NCBI GenBank assembly: GCA_028289135.1
Contig: JAQGGW010000006.1
Location: 7,334 to 71,333, forward strand
Source of the DNA: Candidatus Saccharimonadota bacterium
Lineage (GTDB): Bacteria > Patescibacteriota > Saccharimonadia > Saccharimonadales > JACDBH01
Length of the DNA: 64,000 bases
Direction of reading: 5' to 3'
Within the stretch, counting starts at the first letter, position 1. Each line of letters begins with the position of its first letter. A program made the translations under genes and the position numbers. The notes under the pieces are model-generated. The model had not been told where the DNA came from. It did not search any database and was given only the letters and a program-made list of their open reading frames with translations. Of the stretch, positions 14,666 to 24,725 are shown piece after piece.

Positions 14666-16195
14666 TTGGGGCAGGCACTATACCGGAAATACCGGTCTAA
14701 ATCTTTATCAGAAATTGTCGGGCAGAAACACATTACCGACACGCTAAGCCGCGCGATTAAAAACGGCCAGATTAGCCACGCCTATCTGTTTACCGGGCCA
14801 AAAGGTGTTGGCAAGACTTCGATTGCTAGGATTTTGGCGCATGAAGTAAATGGCCTGCCATACACCGATGAATCAATACACCTGGACATTATCGAAATTG
14901 ATGCCGCCAGCAATCGCCGGATAGACGAAATACGCGACCTGCGCGATAAAGTCCATATAGCGCCCACCAGTGCTAAATACAAGGTCTACATTATCGACGA
15001 AGTCCACATGCTTACTAAAGAGGCTTTTAATGCGCTTTTGAAAACCCTCGAAGAACCACCAGCGCATGTTATTTTTATTTTGGCTACAACAGAGGCGCAC
15101 AAGCTTCCGGATACCATCGTCAGCCGCACTCAGCGCTTTACTTTTAAAGCAATAGAACAGAGCAAAGCTGTTGAGCATTTGCGTGAACTCGCCCATAAAG
15201 AAAAAATGGACATAAGCGATGACGCGCTGGAGCTTTTAGCGGTGCATGGAGGCGGCAGTTTTAGGGACGCGATTGGGCTCCTTGACCAGATAGGGCACAG
15301 CAAAAAGACCGTCAGCCGCAAAGATGTTGAAGAGCTGATTGGGATAGCCCCAGAAGAAGCAGTGCAAGGCTTGCTTGATTCTACGTTAACAGGGCAGCCA
15401 TCCGACATTATTAACTCACTTGAAAACTTTACCGAACGAGGTATTGCGCCGGCTCAGATTTCTAAACAAGTCTCTGGGCTAATCAGGAAAAATCTGTTGG
15501 AAAATAAATCGGCAGACGTAAAACGCTACACCCAGCTGTTGGCAGACCTTTTGGGCGTAACTTCTTCGCAGCAACCCGGGATGGCGCTTGAGATTGCTTT
15601 GTTTAATGCGAATTCTTTTAATGCACCTGAACTTATTGCAGCTGTTCTGCCCGTTAAACACGTTGGCACTCCACCTCAATCTGTACCGATAGTTAAGAAG
15701 CCAGAGGAAAAGGCTGCGATCAAAACCGAAGAATCTAATGCTGTTGAAAAAAACGATGATAAGCCGGCCGAAAAAGAAGCAATACCAGTTATACAAATGG
15801 TAGAGGGCGAAGATATCTCAAACTGGTGGCCAAAACTGGTCAACAATATTAAAAAGCATAACAACACCTTGTATGGAGTCCTCCGCCTGGCTCATCCGCA
15901 CTTGGATGGCGACACGCTGCTGCTGAGTTTTGCCTTTGGCCTGCATACCAAAAAGGTTACAGACGCACAGGTTAACTTGGTGCTGCAAGAAGCGATTAAG
16001 GCGCTAACTGGACGCGATTTAGTCATTAAAGCCGTGCAGGACAAAGATCTAAAAGATAAAATTCCCGCCATCACGAATGCCCAAGCCTTTTCTGCACCTG
16101 AACCAGAGATTCAAATACCCGAGCCGGCAGAATTGTCAGAAGACTTGAGCGCGATAACGTCAATTTTTGGTGGCGGAGAGGTGCTTGAAAGCTAA
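14666..16195 (+). CDS. dnaX: DNA polymerase III subunit gamma/tau
   Basis: GQKHITDTLSRAIKNGQISHAYLFTGPKGVGKTSIARILA, DEVHML and SRTQRF motifs. TTG start 7 nt after GGAGGGG. Promoter GTGACA-16-TATACT at 14610-14637. Confidence 0.9.
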   Translation: MGQALYRKYRSKSLSEIVGQKHITDTLSRAIKNGQISHAYLFTGPKGVGKTSIARILAHEVNGLPYTDESIHLDIIEIDAASNRRIDEIRDLRDKVHIAPTSAKYKVYIIDEVHMLTKEAFNALLKTLEEPPAHVIFILATTEAHKLPDTIVSRTQRFTFKAIEQSKAVEHLRELAHKEKMDISDDALELLAVHGGGSFRDAIGLLDQIGHSKKTVSRKDVEELIGIAPEEAVQGLLDSTLTGQPSDIINSLENFTERGIAPAQISKQVSGLIRKNLLENKSADVKRYTQLLADLLGVTSSQQPGMALEIALFNANSFNAPELIAAVLPVKHVGTPPQSVPIVKKPEEKAAIKTEESNAVEKNDDKPAEKEAIPVIQMVEGEDISNWWPKLVNNIKKHNNTLYGVLRLAHPHLDGDTLLLSFAFGLHTKKVTDAQVNLVLQEAIKALTGRDLVIKAVQDKDLKDKIPAITNAQAFSAPEPEIQIPEPAELSEDLSAITSIFGGGEVLES

Positions 16196-17559
16196 TGAAT
16201 CCGCAAAACCCTGCCGCTGTTGTCCCGCCGCAAAATACTGAAGCCGAAGCCAGCTTACTCGGCGCGCTGTTGATTGACAGCGACGCGATAGTAAAAGTGG
16301 CAGATCTTGTCCGACCAGATGATTTTTATGACGAACGCCACGCCAGGATTTATGAAGCCGCTTTGCAGCTTTATGAAAAACACAGCCCTATTGATGTCTT
16401 AACCCTCTCAGACCAACTTAAAAACACAGGCATGCTTGATCTTGTTGGCGGTGCGTCCTATTTAACCGAACTTACCAACTTTGTGCCCACAGCCGCTCAT
16501 GCCGACCGCTACGCAGACATTATTTCCCAAAAGTCGATGCGCCGGCGGCTTATCAAGGCTAGCCAAAAAATTACCAACCTTGGCTATGACGAAGCGCAGA
16601 GTTTGCAAGAGCTTATAGAAAATGCTGAATCAACCCTGTTTGACGTCAGCCAAAAACACGTTAGTCAAGATGTCGAAAGCATTGAAAACATCTTGTCCGC
16701 TAGCTTTGACCGTTTGGATGAGCTTCATAAGGACAAAGGCAAACTGCGCGGGGTTTCAACCGGCTATAAAGACCTCGACAATGTCCTGGCAGGTTTCCAA
16801 CCGTCTGATCTTATTATCCTTGCCGCCCGGCCTTCGATGGGCAAATCTGCTTTGGCGCTTAACTTTGCGCATAACGTAGCCGTTAAATCCAACATGCCGG
16901 TTCTTATGTTTTCGCTCGAAATGAGCAAGGAACAGCTAGTTGACCGTATGCTAGCCGCCGAAGCGGGGGTTAACTCTTGGAACCTGCGTACCGGCAACCT
17001 AACAGACAGCGATTTCGAAAAAATTGGCCAGGCAATGGGAACGCTCTCTGAGGCTCAAATCTATTTTGATGACACCCCAGGCATAACGGTGAGCGATATG
17101 CGCACCAAAGCCCGCCGTGAAGCGCACCAGAGGCCATTAGGGCTGATTATCGTCGACTACCTGCAGCTTATGAGCGGCGGAGCGAAATTTGGCAACTCAG
17201 ACAACCGTGTGCAGGAAATTTCCGAAATTTCTCGTGGGCTAAAGGGGATTGCGCGTGAGCTTAAGGTGCCAATTATTGCCCTAAGCCAGCTAAGCCGTTC
17301 GGTAGAAAGCCGCAGCCCGCAGATCCCGCAGCTGGCCGACCTTCGTGAATCTGGATCCATTGAGCAGGATGCCGATGTAGTGGCGTTTATTTACCGCGAG
17401 GACTACTACAACCCAGAAACAGAGAACAAAAACATAGCCAAAATCTTAATTAAAAAACATCGTAATGGCCCGACAGACGACATTGACCTCTACTTTGACC
17501 GAGAAAAACAGAAATTCTTTAGCATCGACAACAAACACTCCCAGCCTTTCGAAAATTAA
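16195..17559 (+). CDS. dnaB: Replicative DNA helicase DnaB
   Basis: PPQNTEAEASLLGALLID, GFQPSDLIILAARPSMGKSALALN and IVDYLQLM motifs. The ATG overlaps the dnaX stop (TAATG). Confidence 0.95.
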   Translation: MNPQNPAAVVPPQNTEAEASLLGALLIDSDAIVKVADLVRPDDFYDERHARIYEAALQLYEKHSPIDVLTLSDQLKNTGMLDLVGGASYLTELTNFVPTAAHADRYADIISQKSMRRRLIKASQKITNLGYDEAQSLQELIENAESTLFDVSQKHVSQDVESIENILSASFDRLDELHKDKGKLRGVSTGYKDLDNVLAGFQPSDLIILAARPSMGKSALALNFAHNVAVKSNMPVLMFSLEMSKEQLVDRMLAAEAGVNSWNLRTGNLTDSDFEKIGQAMGTLSEAQIYFDDTPGITVSDMRTKARREAHQRPLGLIIVDYLQLMSGGAKFGNSDNRVQEISEISRGLKGIARELKVPIIALSQLSRSVESRSPQIPQLADLRESGSIEQDADVVAFIYREDYYNPETENKNIAKILIKKHRNGPTDDIDLYFDREKQKFFSIDNKHSQPFEN

Positions 17560-17610
17560 CTTTGCACCAAAAACCGTGAGCGGCATGCAGGAAATGCTAT
17601 ACTAGGATCA

Positions 17611-18789
17611 ATGAAACGAGTGTGGAATTATATCGTTACAATGTGGCAGCCGGCCAGTATTTTTATAGCCGGAGCGGTCATTATTGCCGGCCTCTTTGCT
17701 TACCGGATTGGCGGCCTTATGCCTGGTGCAAGCAGCGTCGAAATCCAGGGGCGTAATAGCAGCATAAGTATTAAAAGTATTGTAAATGACCCAGTTAACG
17801 CGCCTTATAAATCGCTGCGTTTTATCGCCCGGCATATTCATAACTCAATCGGCAGCGAACGGCTTGTCAGCAGCCTGGTAGCAGGGCTGTCGGTTGTTTT
17901 GTTTTATCTGGTGATCAGGCATTTTTGTCACCGCTACGCCGCTGTGCTAGCAAGCATTATGTACGCTACCTCAACTAGTTTGCTTAGTAGTGGCCGGCTT
18001 GCCACGTCCAACATATTGTTGGTTATGCTGCTGGCGCTTTTGGCCTGCGGCTACCACCTGCGCTTTAACCAAAACCGGACAAGATCTTGGCTTATTACTT
18101 CTGTGATATTGGGGCTGTCGCTATATGTTCCCGGCATGATTTACTTTATTGTCGCGGGTGCGCTGTGGCAATTTAAAACCGTACGCAAGAGTCAGCGGCT
18201 TCCAAAAAGGTCACTGATTGGTATAAGTTCCGGCATTCTGCTAGTTATCATCGCACCGCTTATTTTCGGCCTTATAGCCCATCCATCAATTTGGCGTGAA
18301 TATCTCGGTCTAAGCGCATCCTGGCCGACGTTTACTGGATTTTTAAAGACGCTGGCTGCTGTTCCGTATGGCATATTTATTGCCGCTCCCAAAAATCCGG
18401 TTTATCGCATTGGCAAACAGGCTGTGTTGGACATTTTTGCAAGCGCCATGCTGATTTTTGGCTGCATTACTCTTTTCAAACACTATAAACTTGACCGTCT
18501 GGTTCTGCTTTTGGCAATATTTATTATCGCCGCGCTATTTACAGCCATAAGCGGTAACTACGAAAATAGCTTTATTCTTTTGCCGTTTATCTACTTTTGC
18601 GTCGCAATCGGTATTGGATCGCTGCTGGAGCAGTGGCAAAAAGTTTTTCCGCTCAACCCGCTGGCGCGTATTTTGTCGATGAGCGTCGTTGCGATCGCGG
18701 TGCTTATATCTGTTAATTTCCAAACCCGGCGCTATTTCATTGCGTGGCCGCACAATACCGAGGCACGTGCCGTGTTTACGCTTAAGTAG
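17611..18789 (+). CDS. Polytopic membrane protein (possibly a GT-C/ArnT-like glycosyltransferase fold)
   Basis: 392 aa with about 10 hydrophobic spans. TATACT (17598-17603) lies 7 nt before the ATG. The functional class is a guess from topology only. Confidence 0.55.
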   Translation: MKRVWNYIVTMWQPASIFIAGAVIIAGLFAYRIGGLMPGASSVEIQGRNSSISIKSIVNDPVNAPYKSLRFIARHIHNSIGSERLVSSLVAGLSVVLFYLVIRHFCHRYAAVLASIMYATSTSLLSSGRLATSNILLVMLLALLACGYHLRFNQNRTRSWLITSVILGLSLYVPGMIYFIVAGALWQFKTVRKSQRLPKRSLIGISSGILLVIIAPLIFGLIAHPSIWREYLGLSASWPTFTGFLKTLAAVPYGIFIAAPKNPVYRIGKQAVLDIFASAMLIFGCITLFKHYKLDRLVLLLAIFIIAALFTAISGNYENSFILLPFIYFCVAIGIGSLLEQWQKVFPLNPLARILSMSVVAIAVLISVNFQTRRYFIAWPHNTEARAVFTLK

Positions 18790-18833
18790 AATTTCCTATA
18801 TAATATAAAGTACTTATTTAAGGAGTATTACCG

Positions 18834-19127
18834 ATGAGCCGATTCGACCAGGCCAAAATGCTAATGCAGGTTAAAAAACTGCAAAAAGAATTGCAAAAAC
18901 AGATTATTACAGTTGAAGCCGGCGATGGCGCCGTTAGCGTTGAAATAAACGGCGAACAAAAGCTAAAGAAAATCCACATCGATCCAGAATTTGTGGATCT
19001 CGACGACATTGGCATGCTGGAACGTTGGGTAGAAGATGCAGTCAAAGAAGCTATTGCCGAAAGCCAAAAACTTGCGGCCGACAAAATGCAGCCAATGATG
19101 GGCGCTTTAGGCAACTTGGGTCTATAA
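18834..19127 (+). CDS. YbaB/EbfC-family nucleoid-associated protein
   Basis: 97 aa. MLMQVKKLQKELQKQ...VEINGEQKLKKIHIDPE is typical of the YbaB family. Lies directly upstream of recR. Confidence 0.85.
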   Translation: MSRFDQAKMLMQVKKLQKELQKQIITVEAGDGAVSVEINGEQKLKKIHIDPEFVDLDDIGMLERWVEDAVKEAIAESQKLAADKMQPMMGALGNLGL

Positions 19128-19133
19128 GCACTA

Positions 19134-19739
19134 ATGAGCTTGCTGCCGCGCGCTCTTCAGGACGTAATTGACGATCTTGGCAAACTTCCGGGTGTTGGGC
19201 CACGGACGGCGGAGCGCTATGCGTACTATTTGCTCCGTACCGACCCGCAAAAATCCCGCACTCTGGCTCATTCGCTAGAACACCTGCACGAAGGAATTGG
19301 TTATTGCCGCAAAACGTTTGCACTGGTCGAAAAAGGCCAAGAGCTTTCACCGCTATACACAGACCCTGAGCGGGATAAAACTACGATTGCGGTGGTGGCC
19401 GAACCGTTTGATATCGTAGCGATTGAAAAAACCGCTCATTTTAAGGGCACCTATCATGTTCTTGGCGGCTTAGTCTCGCCAATTGATGGCATTGGCCCCG
19501 AAAACCTGCATATTAAGGAGTTAGTGGCGCGGGTCAAAGAAGACAAAGTAAAAGAAATAATTTTAGCCACAAGCGCCAGCGTAGAGGGCGAAAGCACCGC
19601 GCTTTATATCCAAAAAGAGTTGGAAGGCACAAAAGTAAAAATGAGCCGTCTTGCCCGTGGCTTATCAGTTGGGTTAGATCTGGAATACGCTGACCAGTTA
19701 ACGCTTACGCGCGCGCTGGAAGACCGCCAAGCAATGTAA
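19134..19739 (+). CDS. recR: Recombination protein RecR (zinc-finger cysteines missing)
   Basis: HhH motif LGKLPGVGPRTAERYAYYLL and a Toprim region VVAEPFDIVAIEKTAHFKGTYHVLGG...ATSASVEGESTALYI. Only one Cys (GYCRK) is present where the C4 finger is expected. Confidence 0.9.
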   Translation: MSLLPRALQDVIDDLGKLPGVGPRTAERYAYYLLRTDPQKSRTLAHSLEHLHEGIGYCRKTFALVEKGQELSPLYTDPERDKTTIAVVAEPFDIVAIEKTAHFKGTYHVLGGLVSPIDGIGPENLHIKELVARVKEDKVKEIILATSASVEGESTALYIQKELEGTKVKMSRLARGLSVGLDLEYADQLTLTRALEDRQAM

Positions 19740-19995
19740 ACCGCGGCACGGTTTTTCCTTGCCATTCAACTGTTTCTAGCCAAACGGACAACGGCCTTAC
19801 AAACTCTACGCCGTTATTTTTTGCCGAAGCATACCGCACGACAACCGCATTATCTTCCTCCATTATTACCAAGCCTTTTACTTGGTAGGGCATTTCAGGA
19901 TGTTTGTAATGAGCGTAGTATTTACCCAACTGTACACTTTTAGCGGCTTCGATCAATTCACGCTCAAGTTCTTCGTAAGTTTTTTTGTCATCCAT
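19705..19995 (-). CDS. DUF1653-like small protein
   Basis: 96 aa. The pattern YYAHYKHPEMPYQVKGLVIMEEDNAVVVRY...VRPLSVWLETV recalls DUF1653. The 3' end overlaps the recR 3' end by 35 nt. Confidence 0.6.
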   Translation of the reverse strand: MDDKKTYEELERELIEAAKSVQLGKYYAHYKHPEMPYQVKGLVIMEEDNAVVVRYASAKNNGVEFVRPLSVWLETVEWQGKTVPRFTLLGGLPARA

Positions 19996-20037
19996 AACTA
20001 TATGATATCAGGCTATAACACCGTACAATAGTAAATA

Positions 20038-21039
20038 ATGAACGAAGTAAAACAGGTTAAAGATTTGGTCGGTGAGGCCAAAAAGATTGTCATTATCCAA
20101 GCGGATAACCCCGATGCCGATTCTTTGGGCAGTGCGTTGGCGCTCGAAAGCATTTTAGGTGACGCCGGCAAAGAGCCTTTTATGTACTGCGCGCTCGACA
20201 TGCCGGAGTATTTAAAATATATGCAGGGCTGGGACAGGGTAAACAAAGAACTGCCCGTGAGTTTTGACATGAGCATTATCGTCGACACTAGCACAATTAC
20301 CTTGCTTGAAAAGCTTGATGCTTCTGCCCAGCGGGCTTTGGTCGTTAAAAAACCATGCATTGTGCTGGACCATCACGCCGATGTTCCGTGCGATATTCCG
20401 TATGCTACGGTAGTCATTAACGATGGTGCAAAAGTTTCTACTGGTGAGCTGATTTACAGCCTATCCAAAGAACTGGGTTGGCCGCTTGGTATTCCAGCCC
20501 AAGAATTTATTATGAGCTCGATTTTGGCAGATTCTTTAGGACTTGCTAGCGAAAATACCACCGCTAACACCTACCGCGTTATGGGAGAACTGGTAGACAA
20601 CGGTGTTAACCGGCCAAAGCTTGAAGAGCTGCGCCGGGCGCTAACCAAAATGCCCGTGCCCATACTTCGCTACAAAGCAGAACTTATCCAACGAGCTGAA
20701 CTTTTGGCTGATGGAGCATTGGCGGTTATTGTCATACCCCAAAAAGAAATTACCGAATTTAGCCCAATGTATAACCCGGCGCCGCTAATCCAAAATGACC
20801 TCTTACAAACCGAGGGCGTAAAAATAAGCGTCGTCATAAAATCTTATGACAACGGTCGTATAACCGCTGCCATCCGCTGCAATAACCCAGCGCCAATCGG
20901 AGCCGAACTTGCCAAACACTTCGGCGGAGGCGGCCATGCCTATGCAGCCGGCTTTAAAACAGAGGGCAAGCCGCTCAACGAGATAAAATCAGAGTGTATT
21001 AGCTATGCAAACCAGCTTTTACAAAACTTGAATACCTAG
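20038..21039 (+). CDS. DHH/DHHA1 phosphoesterase (NrnA-like oligoribonuclease / pAp phosphatase)
   Basis: Motifs DNPDADSLGSALAL, LDHHADV and GGGGHAYAAGF. Confidence 0.8.
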   Translation: MNEVKQVKDLVGEAKKIVIIQADNPDADSLGSALALESILGDAGKEPFMYCALDMPEYLKYMQGWDRVNKELPVSFDMSIIVDTSTITLLEKLDASAQRALVVKKPCIVLDHHADVPCDIPYATVVINDGAKVSTGELIYSLSKELGWPLGIPAQEFIMSSILADSLGLASENTTANTYRVMGELVDNGVNRPKLEELRRALTKMPVPILRYKAELIQRAELLADGALAVIVIPQKEITEFSPMYNPAPLIQNDLLQTEGVKISVVIKSYDNGRITAAIRCNNPAPIGAELAKHFGGGGHAYAAGFKTEGKPLNEIKSECISYANQLLQNLNT

Positions 21040-21047
21040 GGATACAA

Positions 21048-22460
21048 ATGAAACTATTTAACACACTGACAAAAAATTTAGACGAGGTTAAGCCGCTTGA
21101 TGGAAATACTGTTCGTATATACTCTTGCGGGCCAACTGTCTATGACCACAGCCATATTGGCAACCTGAGCTCATTTATTTTTGCCGACACTTTACGACGC
21201 GTAATTGCGCTAAATCATAACGTGAAGCATGTTATGAACTTTACCGACGTAGACGATAAGACAATTAGGCGTTCGGGTGAACGGGAAACTGGTGAAGACC
21301 CTAAAGTAAAGTTAAAAAAGCTTACAGAAAAATACGAAAACGTTTTTCTGGAAGACATGGCCAGTATTGGCAACGACATCTCTTCCATGACATTTGTTAA
21401 GGCTACCCAAAGCATTGATGAGATGCAAAAACTAATAACGGCTTTGCACGCAGCCGGCTTTGCATACGTGGCAGATGACGGTGTCTACTTTTCTATTGCC
21501 AAGTACCGGGAAAGCGGTAAGAAATACGGCCAATTGTTAGAAATTACAGAGGCCAGCACCTCCGAAGCTCGTATTCAAAATGATGAATACGACAAAGATT
21601 CAGCACATGATTTTGCTCTTTGGAAAGTAAAAAAACCTGGCGAACCTGCTTGGGAATTTAATCTTGATGGCCATGACCTCGAAGGTCGGCCAGGCTGGCA
21701 CATTGAGTGTTCGGCAATGAGCAAGAGTGCTTTGGGGCAGCCTTTCGATATTCACACCGGCGGTATTGACCTGGTGTTCCCGCATCACGAAAATGAGATT
21801 GCCCAAAGTACGGCTTTGACGGACAGCCCGGTGATGGCTACCTTTTTTGCCCATAACGGCCATTTGTTTATAGACGGCAAGAAAATGAGTAAGTCTTTGA
21901 ATAATTTCCACACCCTAGAAGACATTAAGAAAAAAGGCTTTGACCCATTGGCATTACGGCTACTTGTGCTGCAGTCAAACTACCGTTCTGAGGCCAATTT
22001 TACGTGGGAGATCTTAGAAGCCGCCCAAAACAGCTTGAAACGGCTTGAAGCATGGGCTGACTTAAGACACCAGACAACGATCCAGCATATGCCTGAAGAG
22101 CTGGATAACTTATGGGGCGAAACCCTCGCGGGAATCCAGGAGGATCTAAATAATGACCTAAACAGCCCGCAGGCTTTAGCTAAACTGCATAAACTAGTTA
22201 GCTATATGGAGAACATTCCAGTTCCATCAACTGATGGAAAGAACTCAGATGGCGCGCTGGCAATTATAGACAAGCTTTTTGGCTTGCGTTTAGACGGCCG
22301 GCCAGATATAACTTCTGAGCAAAAAGTCTTAATTCAAAAGCGGGAAGAAGCCCGCACAAACAAAGACTTTGAAGGCTCCGACCACCTTCGCCAAGAGCTG
22401 GAAAACCAGGGCTTGTTAGTACGCGACACTCCAAATGGACCGGTTTGGTCAAGAAAATAG
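21048..22460 (+). CDS. cysS: Cysteine--tRNA ligase
   Basis: YSCGPTVYDHSHIGN (HIGH motif), KMSKS, and the WHIECSAM zinc-site region. Confidence 0.95.
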   Translation: MKLFNTLTKNLDEVKPLDGNTVRIYSCGPTVYDHSHIGNLSSFIFADTLRRVIALNHNVKHVMNFTDVDDKTIRRSGERETGEDPKVKLKKLTEKYENVFLEDMASIGNDISSMTFVKATQSIDEMQKLITALHAAGFAYVADDGVYFSIAKYRESGKKYGQLLEITEASTSEARIQNDEYDKDSAHDFALWKVKKPGEPAWEFNLDGHDLEGRPGWHIECSAMSKSALGQPFDIHTGGIDLVFPHHENEIAQSTALTDSPVMATFFAHNGHLFIDGKKMSKSLNNFHTLEDIKKKGFDPLALRLLVLQSNYRSEANFTWEILEAAQNSLKRLEAWADLRHQTTIQHMPEELDNLWGETLAGIQEDLNNDLNSPQALAKLHKLVSYMENIPVPSTDGKNSDGALAIIDKLFGLRLDGRPDITSEQKVLIQKREEARTNKDFEGSDHLRQELENQGLLVRDTPNGPVWSRK

Positions 22461-22462
22461 CA

Positions 22463-23593
22463 TTACTTAGATATAGGACCAGCTTCTGGAAGCTCATCGT
22501 CATCGGCTGGGTCAAGTAGTTTTTTGCGGTTTAAATAGTCCAAGATCAGAATACGGGTGCAGCCGGCGATTGGAATGGCCACCAAACCGCCAAGCAGGCC
22601 GCTGAAGCTGACGCCGATGATAACTGACATAAATACCAGCAGCGGTGACATATCTGTCGAATTGGCCTGGATACGCGGCTGGATAGCGTAGTTTTCGATC
22701 TGCTGGTAAGTAATGTAGTAAACAAGAACAATAAGCGCAGTTAAAGGTGATTGGAACAAAGCCACGGTACTGACAATAACCGCGCCGATTGTGTGCCCAA
22801 CCAGCGGGATCAGGCCACAGATAAAAATGATTACCATCAGAGCGATGGGGTAGCTAACGTGCAGTAAAAACAGCGGTACAACGATCAAAAGCGACGCAAT
22901 ACCAGCAAGCAGCACCTGTCCATTTACATAGCCCTTCACGACTCTGTACATATCGTGAGCCAGCTTTTCGAAATGCGGCTCTTTTTCGTCTGGCAAAAGC
23001 CTGCGGGCAAAAGCTACCCAGCGCGGGCCCTCGATCAGCATCATAAATGTCAGCACCAACACCGTTAACATCGCGAAAATGCTGCTGCCGATTTTGGTAA
23101 TGGTAGATACGGCCGAGCCGCTAATATTTTTAAGGCGCGTTGAAAGCTGGGTCGAGAACTTATCAACCTGATCCTGGAGCTTGTGCTGACGGATAAATTT
23201 ACCCGTTGTCGAATCTTCACTTCTAAGCTGTTCCACAAGATGCGGCGCCTCGTTAATAAAGCTCGTAGTCTGCTTGACTAGCGGTGGCGCGATACTGGCA
23301 ATAAAGCCGCCAAGCACCGCGATAATTAAGAAAAACGACAGTCCAGTGGCAAGCGTCCGGCTGCCTCTGCGTTTGCCGGGAAGAACCTGTGCCAAAGCAT
23401 GGACTGGAGCGTTTAGTGCAAGACTTAAAAATGCGGCAATAAAAATAAGCGTCAAAGCATGCGTGGCCTTACCAAGCGCCACCAAGAACAGGTAGGACAG
23501 CAAAACAAGACCTAAAAACCGTATAACTGTCCTATTCGAAAAAGTTACCCGCACTGTTTCTTGTTTGCTATGTCTGTTTGAAAAGAAGCCCAT
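22463..23593 (-). CDS. AI-2E family (PerM/YhhT-like) transporter
   Basis: 376 aa with about 8 TM spans. The C-terminal half (GLIPLVGHTIGAVIV...QQIENYAIQPRI) is typical of the family. Confidence 0.8.
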   Translation of the reverse strand: MGFFSNRHSKQETVRVTFSNRTVIRFLGLVLLSYLFLVALGKATHALTLIFIAAFLSLALNAPVHALAQVLPGKRRGSRTLATGLSFFLIIAVLGGFIASIAPPLVKQTTSFINEAPHLVEQLRSEDSTTGKFIRQHKLQDQVDKFSTQLSTRLKNISGSAVSTITKIGSSIFAMLTVLVLTFMMLIEGPRWVAFARRLLPDEKEPHFEKLAHDMYRVVKGYVNGQVLLAGIASLLIVVPLFLLHVSYPIALMVIIFICGLIPLVGHTIGAVIVSTVALFQSPLTALIVLVYYITYQQIENYAIQPRIQANSTDMSPLLVFMSVIIGVSFSGLLGGLVAIPIAGCTRILILDYLNRKKLLDPADDDELPEAGPISK

Positions 23594-23600
23594 ATCAGCA

Positions 23601-24725
23601 TTATCTCATTTCCGCTCGCGCTTGCAAGCACTGCTTATAAATTTTTACAAAGGCCGAACCAACTTTTGAAATATCATACTGCTCAACGGCCTGTTCTTGC
23701 CAAATATGCATTCGCTCGCGCAGGCGCTGGTCATCTATAAACAGCTTTAAATGCTCAGCAAAAGCTTCGGTATCGCGCGGGTTAAAAAGCAGGTACGGCT
23801 GCTGGCCCAAAACACTCTTGTACCCTGGGTTATTGCCGCCCAGTACCACCCCAGCTCCTGCCGCCATAGCCTCAACTAGCACTATTCCAAAAGATTCACC
23901 CGATATGGAAGGGAAGACTGCAATGTCCGCGCTTGCCAAAAAGTCGGCTTTTTCTTTTTCGCTAATATAGCCTGAAAAAATAATATCCTTGTCGTTGCTT
24001 GCCAAATGTTTTGCCTTTGACCTAAGCGGTCCCTTACCCCCAATGATCAACCGGGTTTTTTTAGCGGTATCAAAGTCGAGCATGTTATAAGCTTTAATTA
24101 GCTCCAAAATACCTTTTCTTTGCACTAATCTGCCCAAGAAAACAATGTTTAGTTTATTTTTGCCGTAATGAGCAAGCCGTTTACCGCTCCTAAAATCTTC
24201 TGTTACGATTGGGTTTGGCAGGTAAGTCGCATTAATACCGTATGCTTTGCGGGCAAAGTGAACAGCAGGCTCGGAAACGGCCACAATCTTGTCGAAACGC
24301 TTTAAACTACGCCCCAGCATCAGGCGCAGCGCCTGGTTCGAAACACTATGCAGCCGTGAAGCCGGCAAAATATGAAACGTACCCACAACTGCAGTACGCG
24401 GCCCAGCCATCTGGATAACCTGCTTTGCTAGAAATGGGCTGTAGGGCAGCATAATGTGCAGAACGTCAAAATCTTCTCTTTTAAGGAGCGCTTTGATCCG
24501 TTTACGGCTGGCCGGCAGGGGCGTCCGGACATTGTTGCCGTTAAAACGGAGGTTGGCAAAGCGGCCCAGGCCATGAATGTTCGGAATGTCAGTCCGCTCT
24601 GTATCAGCCACCAAATAGTGCACTTCATGGCCCTCTTCGCTCAGCCAATGTCCAAGTGTAATTACTGCCTGCTGGACGCCGTCTGGTTTGTCGAGTGTAT
24701 CATCAAGTACCAGGCCTATTTTCAT
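23601..24725 (-). CDS. GT4-family (GT-B fold) glycosyltransferase
   Basis: MKIGLVLDD start and an E-x7-E region FPSISGESFGIVLVEAMAAGAGVV. Confidence 0.85.
   Translation of the reverse strand: MKIGLVLDDTLDKPDGVQQAVITLGHWLSEEGHEVHYLVADTERTDIPNIHGLGRFANLRFNGNNVRTPLPASRKRIKALLKREDFDVLHIMLPYSPFLAKQVIQMAGPRTAVVGTFHILPASRLHSVSNQALRLMLGRSLKRFDKIVAVSEPAVHFARKAYGINATYLPNPIVTEDFRSGKRLAHYGKNKLNIVFLGRLVQRKGILELIKAYNMLDFDTAKKTRLIIGGKGPLRSKAKHLASNDKDIIFSGYISEKEKADFLASADIAVFPSISGESFGIVLVEAMAAGAGVVLGGNNPGYKSVLGQQPYLLFNPRDTEAFAEHLKLFIDDQRLRERMHIWQEQAVEQYDISKVGSAFVKIYKQCLQARAEMR

Noticed and set aside
15299-15310. C-AAA-AAG in dnaX as a possible programmed -1 frameshift site producing gamma.
   Set aside because: The first base is C and not A, so the heptamer is not X-XXY-YYZ. 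No downstream stem-loop is present. The site is at about residue 212, far from the position where tau and gamma diverge in known cases.
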